In this document: positions 19,635 through 30,691 of the stretch, in pieces
Layout of the letters: each line of letters begins with the position of its first letter
Numbering within the stretch: position 1 is the stretch's first letter
Source of the DNA: Giardia intestinalis
Taxonomy: Eukaryota
Length of the DNA stretch: 64,000 nucleotides
Reading direction: 5' to 3' (one strand)
Assembly: GCA_000002435.2 (NCBI GenBank)
Contig: CM018793.1
Notes under the pieces: model-generated
Told to the model about the DNA's origin: nothing
Databases searched by the model: none
Seen by the model: the letters and a program-made list of their open reading frames with translations, nothing else
Made by a program: the position numbers and the translations under genes

Positions 19635-22600
19635 ATGAGGTTACACTTGTTTCATCTTTCTACATGGCACTACGTCCTTACCGTTGAATATCAAGGTGTA
19701 TGGGACTCACTGCCTGGTACGATGCATCTTTGTACAGTTTTGCAGAGGGACACGGTCATTACACAACAAGGTTCAGTAGGTGCTCCCGCCTTCACATTTG
19801 CCACCGTCTACACTGAACGAAGCGTTGCTCTAGTTGTCTCCAGATTGTCTGTAGTTTACTATGACAAGGCACTCTCTAAGTACATCAGTGATCTCGATAT
19901 AACTGCTTTAGATATTCTCGCCCTGATGCTAACCAGTAATGATGATTATGAGCGTGTAGCATTAGAAAGTTACAAGCAGATAAAACTAAAACGATACCGC
20001 TATGCCGGACCTGTTCTGCAAAACGAATATTCCACTATAGTGTTGCACAATATCATTCATGCTCAAAAGTCAATATCGTATCTTCTTAATAGGCAACTGC
20101 TTCCAGTCTCTTTGGCAACTGACATATTCAAGATATTAAAAAGTGTTGAGGCCTCTAGAATCCGCGATAGACTTAAAAGCGATTTCCAGAAGACATCACA
20201 AATACTACTGCGTCTATCCAGCTATTTTAGTGATATGGAGTTACTGTTAATTAGTCATGAGCCCTATTCTTCTCGTCTCTCAGATAAGGATGCTTCATTT
20301 ATAATAAGGACAACAAACCCTTATTTCTCCATTGTTCACGTTCCTAGAGGGCTCGCTCAGATTGCTACGCCAACACCTGCACAACTCACATCACTATTGA
20401 ACGCCTTTTCTCCCTCTGAACAGGCTAAGATTGTTATGGAATCCGGATGTACATTATCTGTTCAGATTTTGTCTAATAGCACTGCTGATGCCCTCAATCA
20501 AGAATATCCCCACACACTTGCATATCTTATGCGGCACTATTTTTTTCTTCCAACACTCGTCCCCTTACTCCTCCCGTTTTATAATATCAACAGGATATTC
20601 CCCGTGCTGACAGATCCACACCTCTCTTACCTACATTCGCAATCACCTGATTCTGTTGATGCTACTATCTTCTCTGATGAACCAGCAACCTGTACATCGC
20701 CCCTCTCATTAAAGCCTTCAATATATATCGAACTGGCGAGGCGCTACGATCTTCGCAGTCCAAATGACAAGTCAGTATGGCTGACACTAGAAGTTTCTCA
20801 GCCCCTTTCTCGGGTAGGGTACATGTATGCTCCTTATGTGATTCTCTCTACTGCGTTCTCGACCCATACACTGCACCCAGATGATTGTAAGATAATCTTT
20901 GACAGGGTGAAAACGTTCGAAGAGCAGCAAACGCTGTATTTTTGTCAGGGCCGCCTAGCAACTGAGATATCCTCTTCAGGAGTCGTTCTTAGCGATATTG
21001 GTATGTTAAAGCACACTGTTCTCAATCCTATCAATAAATCCATGGCTTCAAGTGACATGGGTGCGTATAGTTTGGCGGACGCCGTGGTTCCCATATTCAA
21101 CCAGTCTCCGGTTGATGGATCGGCGTCTGCCGGGTACTTTAGTCGCGAGGAGTTCTCAGAGGTGCTGTCCCTGTTTTCCAACAAAGTGAGTGCATTAGAG
21201 CAACAGCTAGCTGTTATCCATGCTGTATATGAAGACCTTTACCTGGCTATTACAGCCGGTCCTCCTGCACATCTCACAAATGATTCTAATATCTTCTACT
21301 GCTTGTCATGCGAAGACAGCTGGAGAGCATACCGGCTTGACTGCTTTAAATATTGGCAGGGCGTTGCACCGTGTATAGATAACGGAGCGGCAAAGGCTTT
21401 GGATAGTTGCAGAGTGCTGTTAGAAACCGACACAGAGCTTTGCTCTTATCATCCAGCGAAGGCCTTGTCTGATAAGCCTGTCCAACTATCTAAAAAGGAC
21501 CTGAGGCAATACACTGCTACTCAAGTCAATCCTTTGCCTCTTTGTAGTCTCATGAAGCGACCCATCCTTATTGATAAGAGATGGGCTCTGCAGCAACAAG
21601 TGATTCTATACGTTTCCGGAATGGAAAAGCGCTTTGCGTTATCAACAGGCCAGATCTATTTCTCTATTCGACTTCACTATCCCCAGCTGAATCTCTATAT
21701 TATTAGGATAGAAACGGCACGAATACTTACATGTGGGCAGTTTATTGCCGCTCTTGTGCTTATAGAGGATATCAATCTCAGTCTTAGCGACTATTTGAAC
21801 TATCTGTCTGATTCCATTGTATTTACGCATGCACCACCGGCTTCTACCCTTCCATCAACCAGCGTCTATCATTGTTTGTTTACTTTTAGCTTGGATGGGG
21901 CCTTCATTGGAATCCAGCCTTTGCTGCTGGGAGGACTGGGTCGTTATTATCGATCGGACGATGCTGATGCTTTTACCGTTCGTACTCTGGGCATTCCTAC
22001 AAGGAGTCAAACAAAGCCTGCCTCTAAGGTGGCCACGGCTTCATTTGATAGCACTTTTCCAGTGTATACAGGGCCTCTGGTAGCATCTCTATATACACGC
22101 ATATTAAGTGACGTTGCAAGCCTTGCTGTCTCTGTCTCTTCTAGCGTTTATATTTGCCTTCATAATTTGCATTTAGTTTTACATCTAGACGTCCTAACAG
22201 GAGAAAAGACGTTGATGGGATGTATGCAATCTCTCGTCCATCCGTACAGCACTCGATTTGTGGTATCTTCAAGTGCTTCATTGCCAATCTTTATGGACAT
22301 GAAGCTGCAGTCCATATTGCTCCCAGCATCTGCATCGAGCCTAGTGGGAGAGTTGCTTTCTGACTATACTGACACAGAGGTTGTTGACATTCTCCAGAAG
22401 GATCATACTATTGACACAGGGCCAGCAGCTTCCATTGCCACATATGCATTAGAGGAGTCAGACGAGATTCGGACTCCAGGCTACTGCACAGATACATCTG
22501 AAGGCGAAGTCGATAGTAAAAGGAAGGGCTCTCCTACAAATCCCCAGACTAAGCTCGACATGCGGTTTTCTCTCTTACTGAGTGACAACGGTAGACAGTT

Positions 22601-23171
22601 CCTTAGGCCACGTCTATTCAAGCCAAACAGATTGTCCATTACTTACTATTCCAAAAAGCATGGTGTTTCTTTAATCTTTGACGACACTATCATGCACTTT
22701 CCACACTATCCGGTAGCAATTTCTCGTTTCCATCTTAAAGATACACACCTGATTGCCGTCATTGGCCAGGGCAGAAATAAAAATTACTGGGGAGTTACAT
22801 TTACCGAGTGTACCTTTGGAGGCTCGTGTTCCCTTGTGCGACAAATGGTAGTTGACTTGGGGGTTCCGTATATCTGCGAATCTCACCCCGTCCTCAACAC
22901 CACCACCTCCCAAGCTCCACCTTCGTCCACTGGCAAAATTAGTACAGCATCCATATCGTGCACCGGAGATTCTCTAATATTTACTGTCCCTACAAAGTCT
23001 TTAATGCCAGGAAATTCCGGACAGATGATCCCTGCGACTAGGCTCGTTGAAGTAGGATTTTACACGGAGCTCCGACAGGTAGCTGAGATTGCTGGTGTCT
23101 ATCGCACGCACACACCATTTAGGATTGTCAATTATCAGATACGACCTGTTGAGGGCTGCTTAGGAACATAG
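19635..23171 (+). CDS. Hypothetical protein (1178 aa)
   Basis: It is a long uninterrupted ORF with a verified ATG. I recognised no domain. Confidence 0.8.
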   Translation: MRLHLFHLSTWHYVLTVEYQGVWDSLPGTMHLCTVLQRDTVITQQGSVGAPAFTFATVYTERSVALVVSRLSVVYYDKALSKYISDLDITALDILALMLTSNDDYERVALESYKQIKLKRYRYAGPVLQNEYSTIVLHNIIHAQKSISYLLNRQLLPVSLATDIFKILKSVEASRIRDRLKSDFQKTSQILLRLSSYFSDMELLLISHEPYSSRLSDKDASFIIRTTNPYFSIVHVPRGLAQIATPTPAQLTSLLNAFSPSEQAKIVMESGCTLSVQILSNSTADALNQEYPHTLAYLMRHYFFLPTLVPLLLPFYNINRIFPVLTDPHLSYLHSQSPDSVDATIFSDEPATCTSPLSLKPSIYIELARRYDLRSPNDKSVWLTLEVSQPLSRVGYMYAPYVILSTAFSTHTLHPDDCKIIFDRVKTFEEQQTLYFCQGRLATEISSSGVVLSDIGMLKHTVLNPINKSMASSDMGAYSLADAVVPIFNQSPVDGSASAGYFSREEFSEVLSLFSNKVSALEQQLAVIHAVYEDLYLAITAGPPAHLTNDSNIFYCLSCEDSWRAYRLDCFKYWQGVAPCIDNGAAKALDSCRVLLETDTELCSYHPAKALSDKPVQLSKKDLRQYTATQVNPLPLCSLMKRPILIDKRWALQQQVILYVSGMEKRFALSTGQIYFSIRLHYPQLNLYIIRIETARILTCGQFIAALVLIEDINLSLSDYLNYLSDSIVFTHAPPASTLPSTSVYHCLFTFSLDGAFIGIQPLLLGGLGRYYRSDDADAFTVRTLGIPTRSQTKPASKVATASFDSTFPVYTGPLVASLYTRILSDVASLAVSVSSSVYICLHNLHLVLHLDVLTGEKTLMGCMQSLVHPYSTRFVVSSSASLPIFMDMKLQSILLPASASSLVGELLSDYTDTEVVDILQKDHTIDTGPAASIATYALEESDEIRTPGYCTDTSEGEVDSKRKGSPTNPQTKLDMRFSLLLSDNGRQFLRPRLFKPNRLSITYYSKKHGVSLIFDDTIMHFPHYPVAISRFHLKDTHLIAVIGQGRNKNYWGVTFTECTFGGSCSLVRQMVVDLGVPYICESHPVLNTTTSQAPPSSTGKISTASISCTGDSLIFTVPTKSLMPGNSGQMIPATRLVEVGFYTELRQVAEIAGVYRTHTPFRIVNYQIRPVEGCLGT

Positions 23172-25181
23172 TGGACACATAATCTGCAACAGGTCGGGCA
23201 AAGGAGCCCCGCACCGGATGCACGTATTGGACAAGCTATTCCCATCATCAGTGTCGGGTCCCCCCGCAGTTTCAAGACGATCTTCCTCCTTTCGCTTCAG
23301 AAATCTGCCGAAGATCTTTTTTGTAAGCATCACAAATGAGGACGTTCGTTCTTTTGTAGAATTTGTTGTGGTAACTTCTGAGGTGGTTTCTTGGTCTACG
23401 TGGGGACTTTGTGCTACTGTCTCTGGGAGTGGAGCCTCAGTACCGCTTAATTGCCGCATTAGCGTCATCAGAAGGGACTGAATATCGTCATTCGTTCTAG
23501 TGGGATCATCACTCAATGCAATAGCATCAGTGATAAAATCTAAAAGAGAGCTGGTGAACTGAAGGTGCGACCCTATTTGGCGTTGAAGGGCAGTGATAAG
23601 TGGAGCTGACTCCTGATGTCTGTCTCGCAATTCCGTGAGGATGCGCGTAAGTTCTGTGGTTGTCTTTAAGTGGTGACTTATTCCAGCTCTGAATTTCTGA
23701 TGGAGTAGGAGCGTGTTACCTACTGGAGCATATGCTGCTGGGTCTTGGCCAGGCATATATCTAGAAAAGATGTTACTATTAAGAGTGGATGATCTAAGAG
23801 GTCTCCGAGCGGATATACTAGGAGATTGGTTAGAGTCATTGCTATCTGTGCTAAATCTGTCCGACTTTATTCGTTTATGCCGTGACGGATTAGTTTCACC
23901 TATAGTGTAAAACAGGTCACTCATGCTTACATCGTCAGGATGCACAGATGCGCTTTTTGCTCTATTGGTCCGCCGATACAGGATTGAACCTTGGGCAGGA
24001 GACGCTGGTATAAAGTAAGTAGCGTCTGGAGTATAAGTGAACTTTTCAGTGGAACCGATGTCGTGTACACTTGCGCGTTTTGATGCGGGCGCGCTGCTAA
24101 ACTGCAATGACGAAGAGAGCAGAGCCAGCGCGTCTTCCACAGGCTTAGAAATATTCCCACCCTCAAGGGGCTCTAGATAATCTGCAATATGCTGATAGCC
24201 AAGCTCGTATGCAATTGCGTGGGCTGTCATGCCCCTGTTATCTCTAATGCTAGCCTCATATCGAGCAAGCTCCTTTACGCCATCAAAGTAATCTTCTCTG
24301 GCAGCCAGCATAGTAGCAGTCTGACCGTTCTTATTTTGCAAGCGAGCCTCTTGATCTATTAGTAATCTGATCACCGGAACACGACGATGGATCACAGCAC
24401 TCATAAGAGCTGTTGCTCCATTTTCTGCTTGCAGTCCACCCTCTTCCGCTTTGAGCAAATCTACCAAATCGGCATTACCATTGTTCGCAGCCATCATCAG
24501 TGCAGTTAGCCCATGTCTGCACTGCATCCCCGCTTCTTTTAGGGCAAGAATACGCGCAGAAATGCGTTTGTTGCAGATGACAGCCATCATAAGCGCAGTC
24601 ACCCCTTTGTTGGTTGTCATCCGTGATTCACGCTCTAGAAGTATCCTAATAATCTTGAAGTAGTCACGTTCAGCAGCTAGCATCAGCGCTGTAAATCCTA
24701 CCGCATCTTGCATACCTGCCTCGTGGTCAGAAAGTAGCTGCGCGCCCTCAGTGTGATTCCGCCTGGTAGCTATCATAAGCGCCGTTGTTCCATTAAGTGT
24801 CTGCTTCCGAGCTTCATAAGGCGCAAGAATTCTCATAGCATCAAGCTGCCTATTCTCTGCAGCAAACATAAGCGCAGTTCGACCGTGATGGTCTGCGTGG
24901 CCAGCCTCAAACCTGGAAAGATGCTGGACAGCGCGCACGTTTCCCATGGCTGCAGCAAACATCAAGGCGGTGATTCCGTGACTTGTTTCCGCGCCGTGAT
25001 GTTCTGCAGTATGGGTTTCTAGAGCAGCCAGGTCGTTCTTTGCCGCTGCAATCATCAAAGGAGTAACTTCTGTCGAAGTTAAGGGAGGCTCCATATCAAA
25101 AAACAAGTGTGCCAGATTACTGTGGGACATATCCAGATCGCTATCTAGATCGTGGAGGGTCTCAGCATTCCGCCCGTCCAT
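23160..25181 (-). CDS. Ankyrin-repeat protein (Giardia 'protein 21.1' type) with a C-terminal CxxC...CxxC zinc-ribbon-like end
   Basis: There are about 12 tandem ankyrin units (G.TALM.AA..G, Giardia-style). The C-terminus reads CIRCGAPLPDLLQIMCPLCS. ATG verified. Confidence 0.85.
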   Translation of the reverse strand: MDGRNAETLHDLDSDLDMSHSNLAHLFFDMEPPLTSTEVTPLMIAAAKNDLAALETHTAEHHGAETSHGITALMFAAAMGNVRAVQHLSRFEAGHADHHGRTALMFAAENRQLDAMRILAPYEARKQTLNGTTALMIATRRNHTEGAQLLSDHEAGMQDAVGFTALMLAAERDYFKIIRILLERESRMTTNKGVTALMMAVICNKRISARILALKEAGMQCRHGLTALMMAANNGNADLVDLLKAEEGGLQAENGATALMSAVIHRRVPVIRLLIDQEARLQNKNGQTATMLAAREDYFDGVKELARYEASIRDNRGMTAHAIAYELGYQHIADYLEPLEGGNISKPVEDALALLSSSLQFSSAPASKRASVHDIGSTEKFTYTPDATYFIPASPAQGSILYRRTNRAKSASVHPDDVSMSDLFYTIGETNPSRHKRIKSDRFSTDSNDSNQSPSISARRPLRSSTLNSNIFSRYMPGQDPAAYAPVGNTLLLHQKFRAGISHHLKTTTELTRILTELRDRHQESAPLITALQRQIGSHLQFTSSLLDFITDAIALSDDPTRTNDDIQSLLMTLMRQLSGTEAPLPETVAQSPHVDQETTSEVTTTNSTKERTSSFVMLTKKIFGRFLKRKEEDRLETAGGPDTDDGNSLSNTCIRCGAPLPDLLQIMCPLCS

Positions 25182-25237
25182 CCCTTTTTTTGTGACAGGG
25201 AAATCTTTATTTATTTACTCTAAGAAGGATGTTGCCG

Positions 25238-28200
25238 CTATTTTCTGCCCAGAAACTTATCTGCATAAGACCTTACCAGCGGTGGGTTAGTCTTCTCCTC
25301 TGGTTTTGAGGTTTCTGCAGGGTTAGCTTTTTGTTCTGGCTTGGACGCAAGATCAGCTACCTCTGGCTTCTTGGTAGCTTGTGTCTTTGCTTTTGCCCTG
25401 TTCATCAGACTATTCATGCGCTCAGCTTTAATATTCTGTTTCGCCTTGACCTCGTTCTGTATCTCCTCCAGCACCTTGTCCCTATCGGCTTTCCAACTTG
25501 AGTGAAGATCAGTATAGACCTGGCGGCAATCACTTATGTATGACTCTACAAACTCATCCAAACCTGGAATGCTGTTATATAGCGCTAACTCCTTCATGCT
25601 TTCCATATGCTTTTCTTTCTCATAATTTTGAGACGTCTCATGTATCCGCATGAGAATAGGTTGAAGATACTCATGTTCGGTGGAGTCTAGCAGCTTAAGA
25701 CGGTCTGTAGCCTCTTTTCTTGCAATAAGGAGAGTCAGCTCTGCAAGATTCGAGATACGGACATCACGGTCGAATCTCTTCTGTGCCCGATCATGCTCAA
25801 ATTGGTGATGCTTGATTTTAATGAAGTCATTTGGAGCCTGAACGCTTTCGAGATCAAAAGATGTCAGATAGTTGATTAGATCAGTGTCGTGCACTCTGCC
25901 AGCCACTTCTTCTATAAACTGTTTAGCCAGTTTGATTTGAAGCTGCCGGATTTCTGCTGCACGCTTGGCCTTGCGCTGTTTATTCTGAGCTTCCAGGTCA
26001 AGCGCCTCGTCACGCTTCTGCCTCTGAATGACCATCTCCTTGTACTCCTGAAGCCTTTGCTGCTCTAGTTCGCGAGCCTCTTGAATCCTGCTCGTACGTA
26101 ACTTAGCTGAGGATTGTATTTGTTTAAGCTTTACGGAGCGTTGGTCAGTGTAGCTATAATCGGAAAGATCCTGCAAAGATTGCATAATAACCAATTGTGC
26201 AAGTGTTATATTGTTGTACTGGGATGCAGAGCACGTTAGTAAGGCGCTGGCATTAAGGCTCTTCGCTAAGTTAGATGAGACTTTGCTGTCAGCGTGTGGG
26301 GCAGAGTCAAATATGTTGGTAGTAAAGCACGCGTCGACCTTGTTCAAGTAAAAGGCACTAACCGTAGCATATGTTAGAACATCGATCACCTGAGACACGA
26401 AGTTATAGCGCCCGATAAAGGTCTTGCATCTAAGGGCATCGATGATGGTCTGCTGTATGAGTTCGCGTTTGTATAAATCATCGTTGGCAAGTTTGTCAGA
26501 GAATAGGCCTTTCAAAGCGACCATGACATCATCAAGAGTGACTTGTGTCGTCAAAGAAGTCAGTGTATCTAAGGTCAAGTCCTGGTCGTGGTGTTGTTGT
26601 ACATAAGAGAGCAAACTGTCATGCGCACGCTCAATGCACAAGAGGGAAATCGCCTTCTTTGCAAGTGCCTCCTGCAGGTACACACAGGATTCACCGAGGC
26701 TCCAATTGTCGTACAGTCTTAAGAGGCAGTCTGCGGCCTTGGCAACAAATGCTTCCGCGGTTACAGTGATAAGTAAATCCCTCTCAGTATACAGCAGCGG
26801 AACCAAGTCGAGTAGTCCTTTCTGCAAGTTGTTAGAATAAGACGCTATAATATCCTGTAAGATATAATCCAAGATCGAGATTGATGTGATTGTTTCACTG
26901 ATTGCTGCAAAAGAATTCCCATTGGCCAAGTTCTTGGTCTGGTAAACGGGGTTACTTTCTAAAGAGATAGCATGAACCTGCCTATCAAAACAGAATGCAT
27001 TGGACGTGACCATGGATGCCGGGGTAAGACGTGTTATACTGGGATGGTTTATGAAGAAGCTTGGATTTGTGCTACGCGTGTTCCCAAACATATTAGCGTG
27101 GTTCATTAACATAGACGACTGCATGCTGTCTTGGCGAAGAGAAAGCAGTATCGCGAAGGCCTCATTTATAAGCGTATTCCTGACGTCTTGGTCTAGGGAT
27201 GATATCAGCTTGACGGCCTTATATAGAGAGATACCTGCTGCAAAGAGATACCCCTCGGATGAGAACACAGAGATGGCTGCCTTTAAGTGCGCAGCAACCG
27301 CTGCATTCAGGTCAGCAAAGGTAGCAGGAGATGCACCACCCTTGGTACCAATAGCTTCGGTCATTGCGGTAGAGGGTCCCGTACGCAGCTGAATTGCGTT
27401 GTCGAGGCCTCTTTCCTTAGAGAGTGTGGAAAGAAGCGGCGTGGTTAAATCTTGCACTGAGGAGCACGGTGTACATGAAGCTCCCTTGCTGATCTCAGCG
27501 TATACCTGGATGATAGACTGGGTCGAAACCATATCCACAAGGTCTGGTGTCTCTTCTCCTACTAAGTATTCACAGGAAAGTTTGTGCAGGGGTACACAGG
27601 CTCGTGAAATAGAATTGGTGAGCAGCAAGATGTCGGCTGCAGAGCTCTCCAATAGTTTGATGGCGAGAGTGGGTAACCCAAATGTATGGCAAAACGGAAT
27701 ACAAACAAGCTTGCAATAAATGCCAGAAACCAGTGTGTTGGGCTTCTCATACTCAGACTCAGGAGACTTTACATCCACACCCGCGCCCGGACCCAGGTCT
27801 GAGTCAACCTCTCCCACGTCTGTGAGGCTGCGATCCTTGAGGTACTCAACTGCAACGGTCAAGTCAGACTTGAAGGTCATCTCCATGAACCCAGAGAGAA
27901 CGCGATCGGTCACCGCTATAAACTCGTGTTTTCGGTTAAACCGGCTGCATAGCAAGAAGAGGGCCTCTAAGGCGTCCTTATAGAGTCCAACCATTGTCGT
28001 GCACCTCAGCGTTTCGACAATCATACGTAGTGCCAAGAAGGCGAATATTACTGTACGCGCCTGTGGCGGATACTTGTGTAAATCGGCTAGTTGTACAGAG
28101 AAAAGCGAAGTAGCCCTCTCGTTGGATCCCCCCAGCGGTGCCAACATGGCATGGTCAAAGTCAGGCCCTATGCCATCAAGCGTGCTTTGGACACGCCTTA

Positions 28201-28498
28201 TGTAATCACGGAAGGCCTGATCGACGGTAAATGGAGCGCTAAAGCTGAACAGCTTTCTATAGTGATTTAGGCTCTGGCGCGATGCTGGAAGTTCATGCAG
28301 AGAAATAGCAAGTTCGTTATGCAGAAGAAGAACGGGAAGGAATGGCTCTGTAATTACCTTCGGCATGTTACGGGAGACCAGTATCGGCTTTTGCACGTCA
28401 ATAAAGCTAGAAAGCTGCTGGAGTGCTGCGCTGGCATCGCCGGCTGCTTGTGCAGCGCGTGCCTTGGCCAGCACATCCGAAAAGTCGCTCTTTCTCAT
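25238..28498 (-). CDS. Hypothetical protein (1086 aa) with a charged coiled-coil C-terminal region
   Basis: Long ORF with a verified ATG. The C-terminal ~250 aa are rich in K/E/R/Q heptads. No family assigned. Confidence 0.8.
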   Translation of the reverse strand: MRKSDFSDVLAKARAAQAAGDASAALQQLSSFIDVQKPILVSRNMPKVITEPFLPVLLLHNELAISLHELPASRQSLNHYRKLFSFSAPFTVDQAFRDYIRRVQSTLDGIGPDFDHAMLAPLGGSNERATSLFSVQLADLHKYPPQARTVIFAFLALRMIVETLRCTTMVGLYKDALEALFLLCSRFNRKHEFIAVTDRVLSGFMEMTFKSDLTVAVEYLKDRSLTDVGEVDSDLGPGAGVDVKSPESEYEKPNTLVSGIYCKLVCIPFCHTFGLPTLAIKLLESSAADILLLTNSISRACVPLHKLSCEYLVGEETPDLVDMVSTQSIIQVYAEISKGASCTPCSSVQDLTTPLLSTLSKERGLDNAIQLRTGPSTAMTEAIGTKGGASPATFADLNAAVAAHLKAAISVFSSEGYLFAAGISLYKAVKLISSLDQDVRNTLINEAFAILLSLRQDSMQSSMLMNHANMFGNTRSTNPSFFINHPSITRLTPASMVTSNAFCFDRQVHAISLESNPVYQTKNLANGNSFAAISETITSISILDYILQDIIASYSNNLQKGLLDLVPLLYTERDLLITVTAEAFVAKAADCLLRLYDNWSLGESCVYLQEALAKKAISLLCIERAHDSLLSYVQQHHDQDLTLDTLTSLTTQVTLDDVMVALKGLFSDKLANDDLYKRELIQQTIIDALRCKTFIGRYNFVSQVIDVLTYATVSAFYLNKVDACFTTNIFDSAPHADSKVSSNLAKSLNASALLTCSASQYNNITLAQLVIMQSLQDLSDYSYTDQRSVKLKQIQSSAKLRTSRIQEARELEQQRLQEYKEMVIQRQKRDEALDLEAQNKQRKAKRAAEIRQLQIKLAKQFIEEVAGRVHDTDLINYLTSFDLESVQAPNDFIKIKHHQFEHDRAQKRFDRDVRISNLAELTLLIARKEATDRLKLLDSTEHEYLQPILMRIHETSQNYEKEKHMESMKELALYNSIPGLDEFVESYISDCRQVYTDLHSSWKADRDKVLEEIQNEVKAKQNIKAERMNSLMNRAKAKTQATKKPEVADLASKPEQKANPAETSKPEEKTNPPLVRSYADKFLGRK

Positions 28499-28674
28499 TT
28501 AACTCAATTTAATGCGAATTTATGACAATACCCTACCATACCATACACTACATTGGCTGCATTTTTAATTTTCATAATTAAGAGATAGAGAGTCCTGCAT
28601 CTACCATAGATCTTATACGGTCTATAGCCTCTTCAGATGAGGTGCAATTGATAGCCACAAGAATCACTTCTCAC

Positions 28675-29262
28675 ATGGAGCGAGCCTTTCAGAGCCGGGC
28701 TAAGCAGCTACATATGATTGTTTTTGGCCTGGGCTCACTTACAGCCAAGCATTCTGCTAAGATCGCCTGTCTGCAACTTGCATTGTTCGAATGTATAGCA
28801 GGCTATATTGACGATGACGAGTCCTCTATCCCAAAGTATGCCATTGACCCTCTTTTTACTGAGCGTGATCGTACTATATTATCTACGCTGGGTTATTCTA
28901 TTCTTCCAGCACAAGATAGTTGCGTACTTTCATCATTCCTGAACTTGCAAGAATCGGATAGGGTGCTTTGTTATCTTCCGCACCTTCCTCTTCACTTGGT
29001 TCTTTCGGCCCTTCTTTCGGCCCCTTCTGGCAGTACGTTTTTGTGCCCGTCGGTGAAAAAGGTCTTAGAATTAGAATTTCTGACCGATTCCAGCTCTCAG
29101 TTATATCATCTATCCTCAAAACTCAAGAAGTTATGGGATGAATCCGACGAATACGATTGGCTCAAAAATAATACAATCACCATTCAACCTATTGTAGAAA
29201 CGACTCTTCTCAGGAGTGCCAATGTGGCTTACAATTGCACGTCTGTGTATATACGGCCTTAG
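28675..29262 (+). CDS. SRR1-like protein
   Basis: The stretch MIVFGLGSLTAKHSAKIACLQLALFECIAGYIDDDESSIPKYAIDPLFTERDRTILSTLGYSIL fits the SRR1-family core pattern (v.clGlGs.s....QlAl.l.l......vyDP.ft..d...l..lG). The start in the ORF track (28642) is a GTG. The first ATG is 28675. Confidence 0.5.
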   Translation: MERAFQSRAKQLHMIVFGLGSLTAKHSAKIACLQLALFECIAGYIDDDESSIPKYAIDPLFTERDRTILSTLGYSILPAQDSCVLSSFLNLQESDRVLCYLPHLPLHLVLSALLSAPSGSTFLCPSVKKVLELEFLTDSSSQLYHLSSKLKKLWDESDEYDWLKNNTITIQPIVETTLLRSANVAYNCTSVYIRP

Positions 29263-29692
29263 TATAGCTTCTATTGGAGATTGTAAAGAGATAGAAGGTA
29301 GGTAACAAACAACGTGTTCCTTGAGCTGAGGGGGCTCATCTGCTCATCTTTGCTACGTAAAGATGAGACATTGACTCAATCTGTACATCAGAAGATTTAC
29401 TAAGGACTTCTATGCTACTAGCAAGGCAGTATCAATATGATGAGCGCAGATTCGCATGGTCGGGTTTCCATTAGAACGCCAGTGCTCTTTCTCCATGGTC
29501 CTTAGCGCACATCTGCCTGTTGGATGCTTTTGTGCTTACATATCTCTCGCTTCTCTTGCCTCTTGCAACATTCTTCTTCTAGTCTGGTCCAATCGTGCAG
29601 CTGTGCAACCACAAGCAGCTTAACACACTCCCTTGCTGGAGTAAATTGCTAAGAAGTGACCACAATAAATAGCACAGACCATTCACATGCAG

Positions 29693-30559
29693 CTAAGCTG
29701 AAAGCTCGCCCCTCAGGATGTTCGCTATCTCCGGTATAGTTCTCATCTCAAATGCCGTCGGCCTCTTTTTAGGATCAGGGTTCAGCATGGATGACACTAG
29801 GTTGACTAGCTTCTTCGAATATGTCGTTATTATCAGCGGAAGGCGTATCTTCTTCAACGCCTCCAAGGGCTCCTCTGGATTGTCTTCCACCAAGACCCGC
29901 TTCATCATGATTTCATACATGGTGCAGCCAAGCGCAAATATATCCACCTCGCGACCATAGCCTTCGTTGACGATAAGCTCCGGAGCGTAGTATTGAAGAG
30001 TCCCCTGGATATAACCCATCTTTCCCTCCATGCTGAGAAGGTCGCGAGACCACCCGATGTCAGCCAGTTTGCACCTTGTTTCGGAGACCATGAAGATCCT
30101 GCGGGGCATGATGTATCGATGGATGATCGCTCGCGTGAATCTGTGCTCGATGTCCTTCATGCGGGACGGTTCATGGAGCTGACAGATGGCCTCCACCAAG
30201 CAGGCCAGAAGACACCAGCAGGTCTGCTCAGGAAGGAACTCATCCTCAGGAAGACCGTACAGGTAGTCGTTGAGCGTGCCCATGGGGAAGTCCTCCATGA
30301 GGACAAACACCTTCTTGCTCTTTGCTTCATATGTCGCCTCATGAACCGTGGCAAAGAAAGGCGATGCGACCTGTGTAGAGAGCGTGATGTCCGTCTTGCA
30401 AAGGTCACACACCTTGGTAGTGTACTCTTCAAGAGAGATCTGACGACATAAATATCGCTCTCCTGTCTCTTTGTCCTGGACCTCCACCAGACGCTGATAC
30501 TCTGCCTCCTCGATGACACCCACTTCAGTGTACTTATCCGCGAAAGAGAAGGTTTGCAT
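29693..30559 (-). CDS. NEK-like protein kinase domain, predicted catalytically inactive (pseudokinase)
   Basis: The kinase fold is recognisable, with GTLQYYAPE and DIFALGC matching NEK GT.yY.sPE and DiWSLGC. But the catalytic-loop HRD is HRY (IIHRYIMPRRIF), the DFG is DIG, and the VAIK lysine is replaced (YLCRQI). ATG verified. Confidence 0.75.
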   Translation of the reverse strand: MQTFSFADKYTEVGVIEEAEYQRLVEVQDKETGERYLCRQISLEEYTTKVCDLCKTDITLSTQVASPFFATVHEATYEAKSKKVFVLMEDFPMGTLNDYLYGLPEDEFLPEQTCWCLLACLVEAICQLHEPSRMKDIEHRFTRAIIHRYIMPRRIFMVSETRCKLADIGWSRDLLSMEGKMGYIQGTLQYYAPELIVNEGYGREVDIFALGCTMYEIMMKRVLVEDNPEEPLEALKKIRLPLIITTYSKKLVNLVSSMLNPDPKKRPTAFEMRTIPEIANILRGELSA

Positions 30560-30691
30560 TTTTTATGGGTGCATGGAGTGTGAGTTTTTTTGACTCTGTG
30601 GCGTCTAAAGAAGAGGGAATTGCAGTACACGGAAAATGGGTTCAACTGTCTTAGGGACAAGGGAGGGATCCACCTGTTTGCAATTAATAAA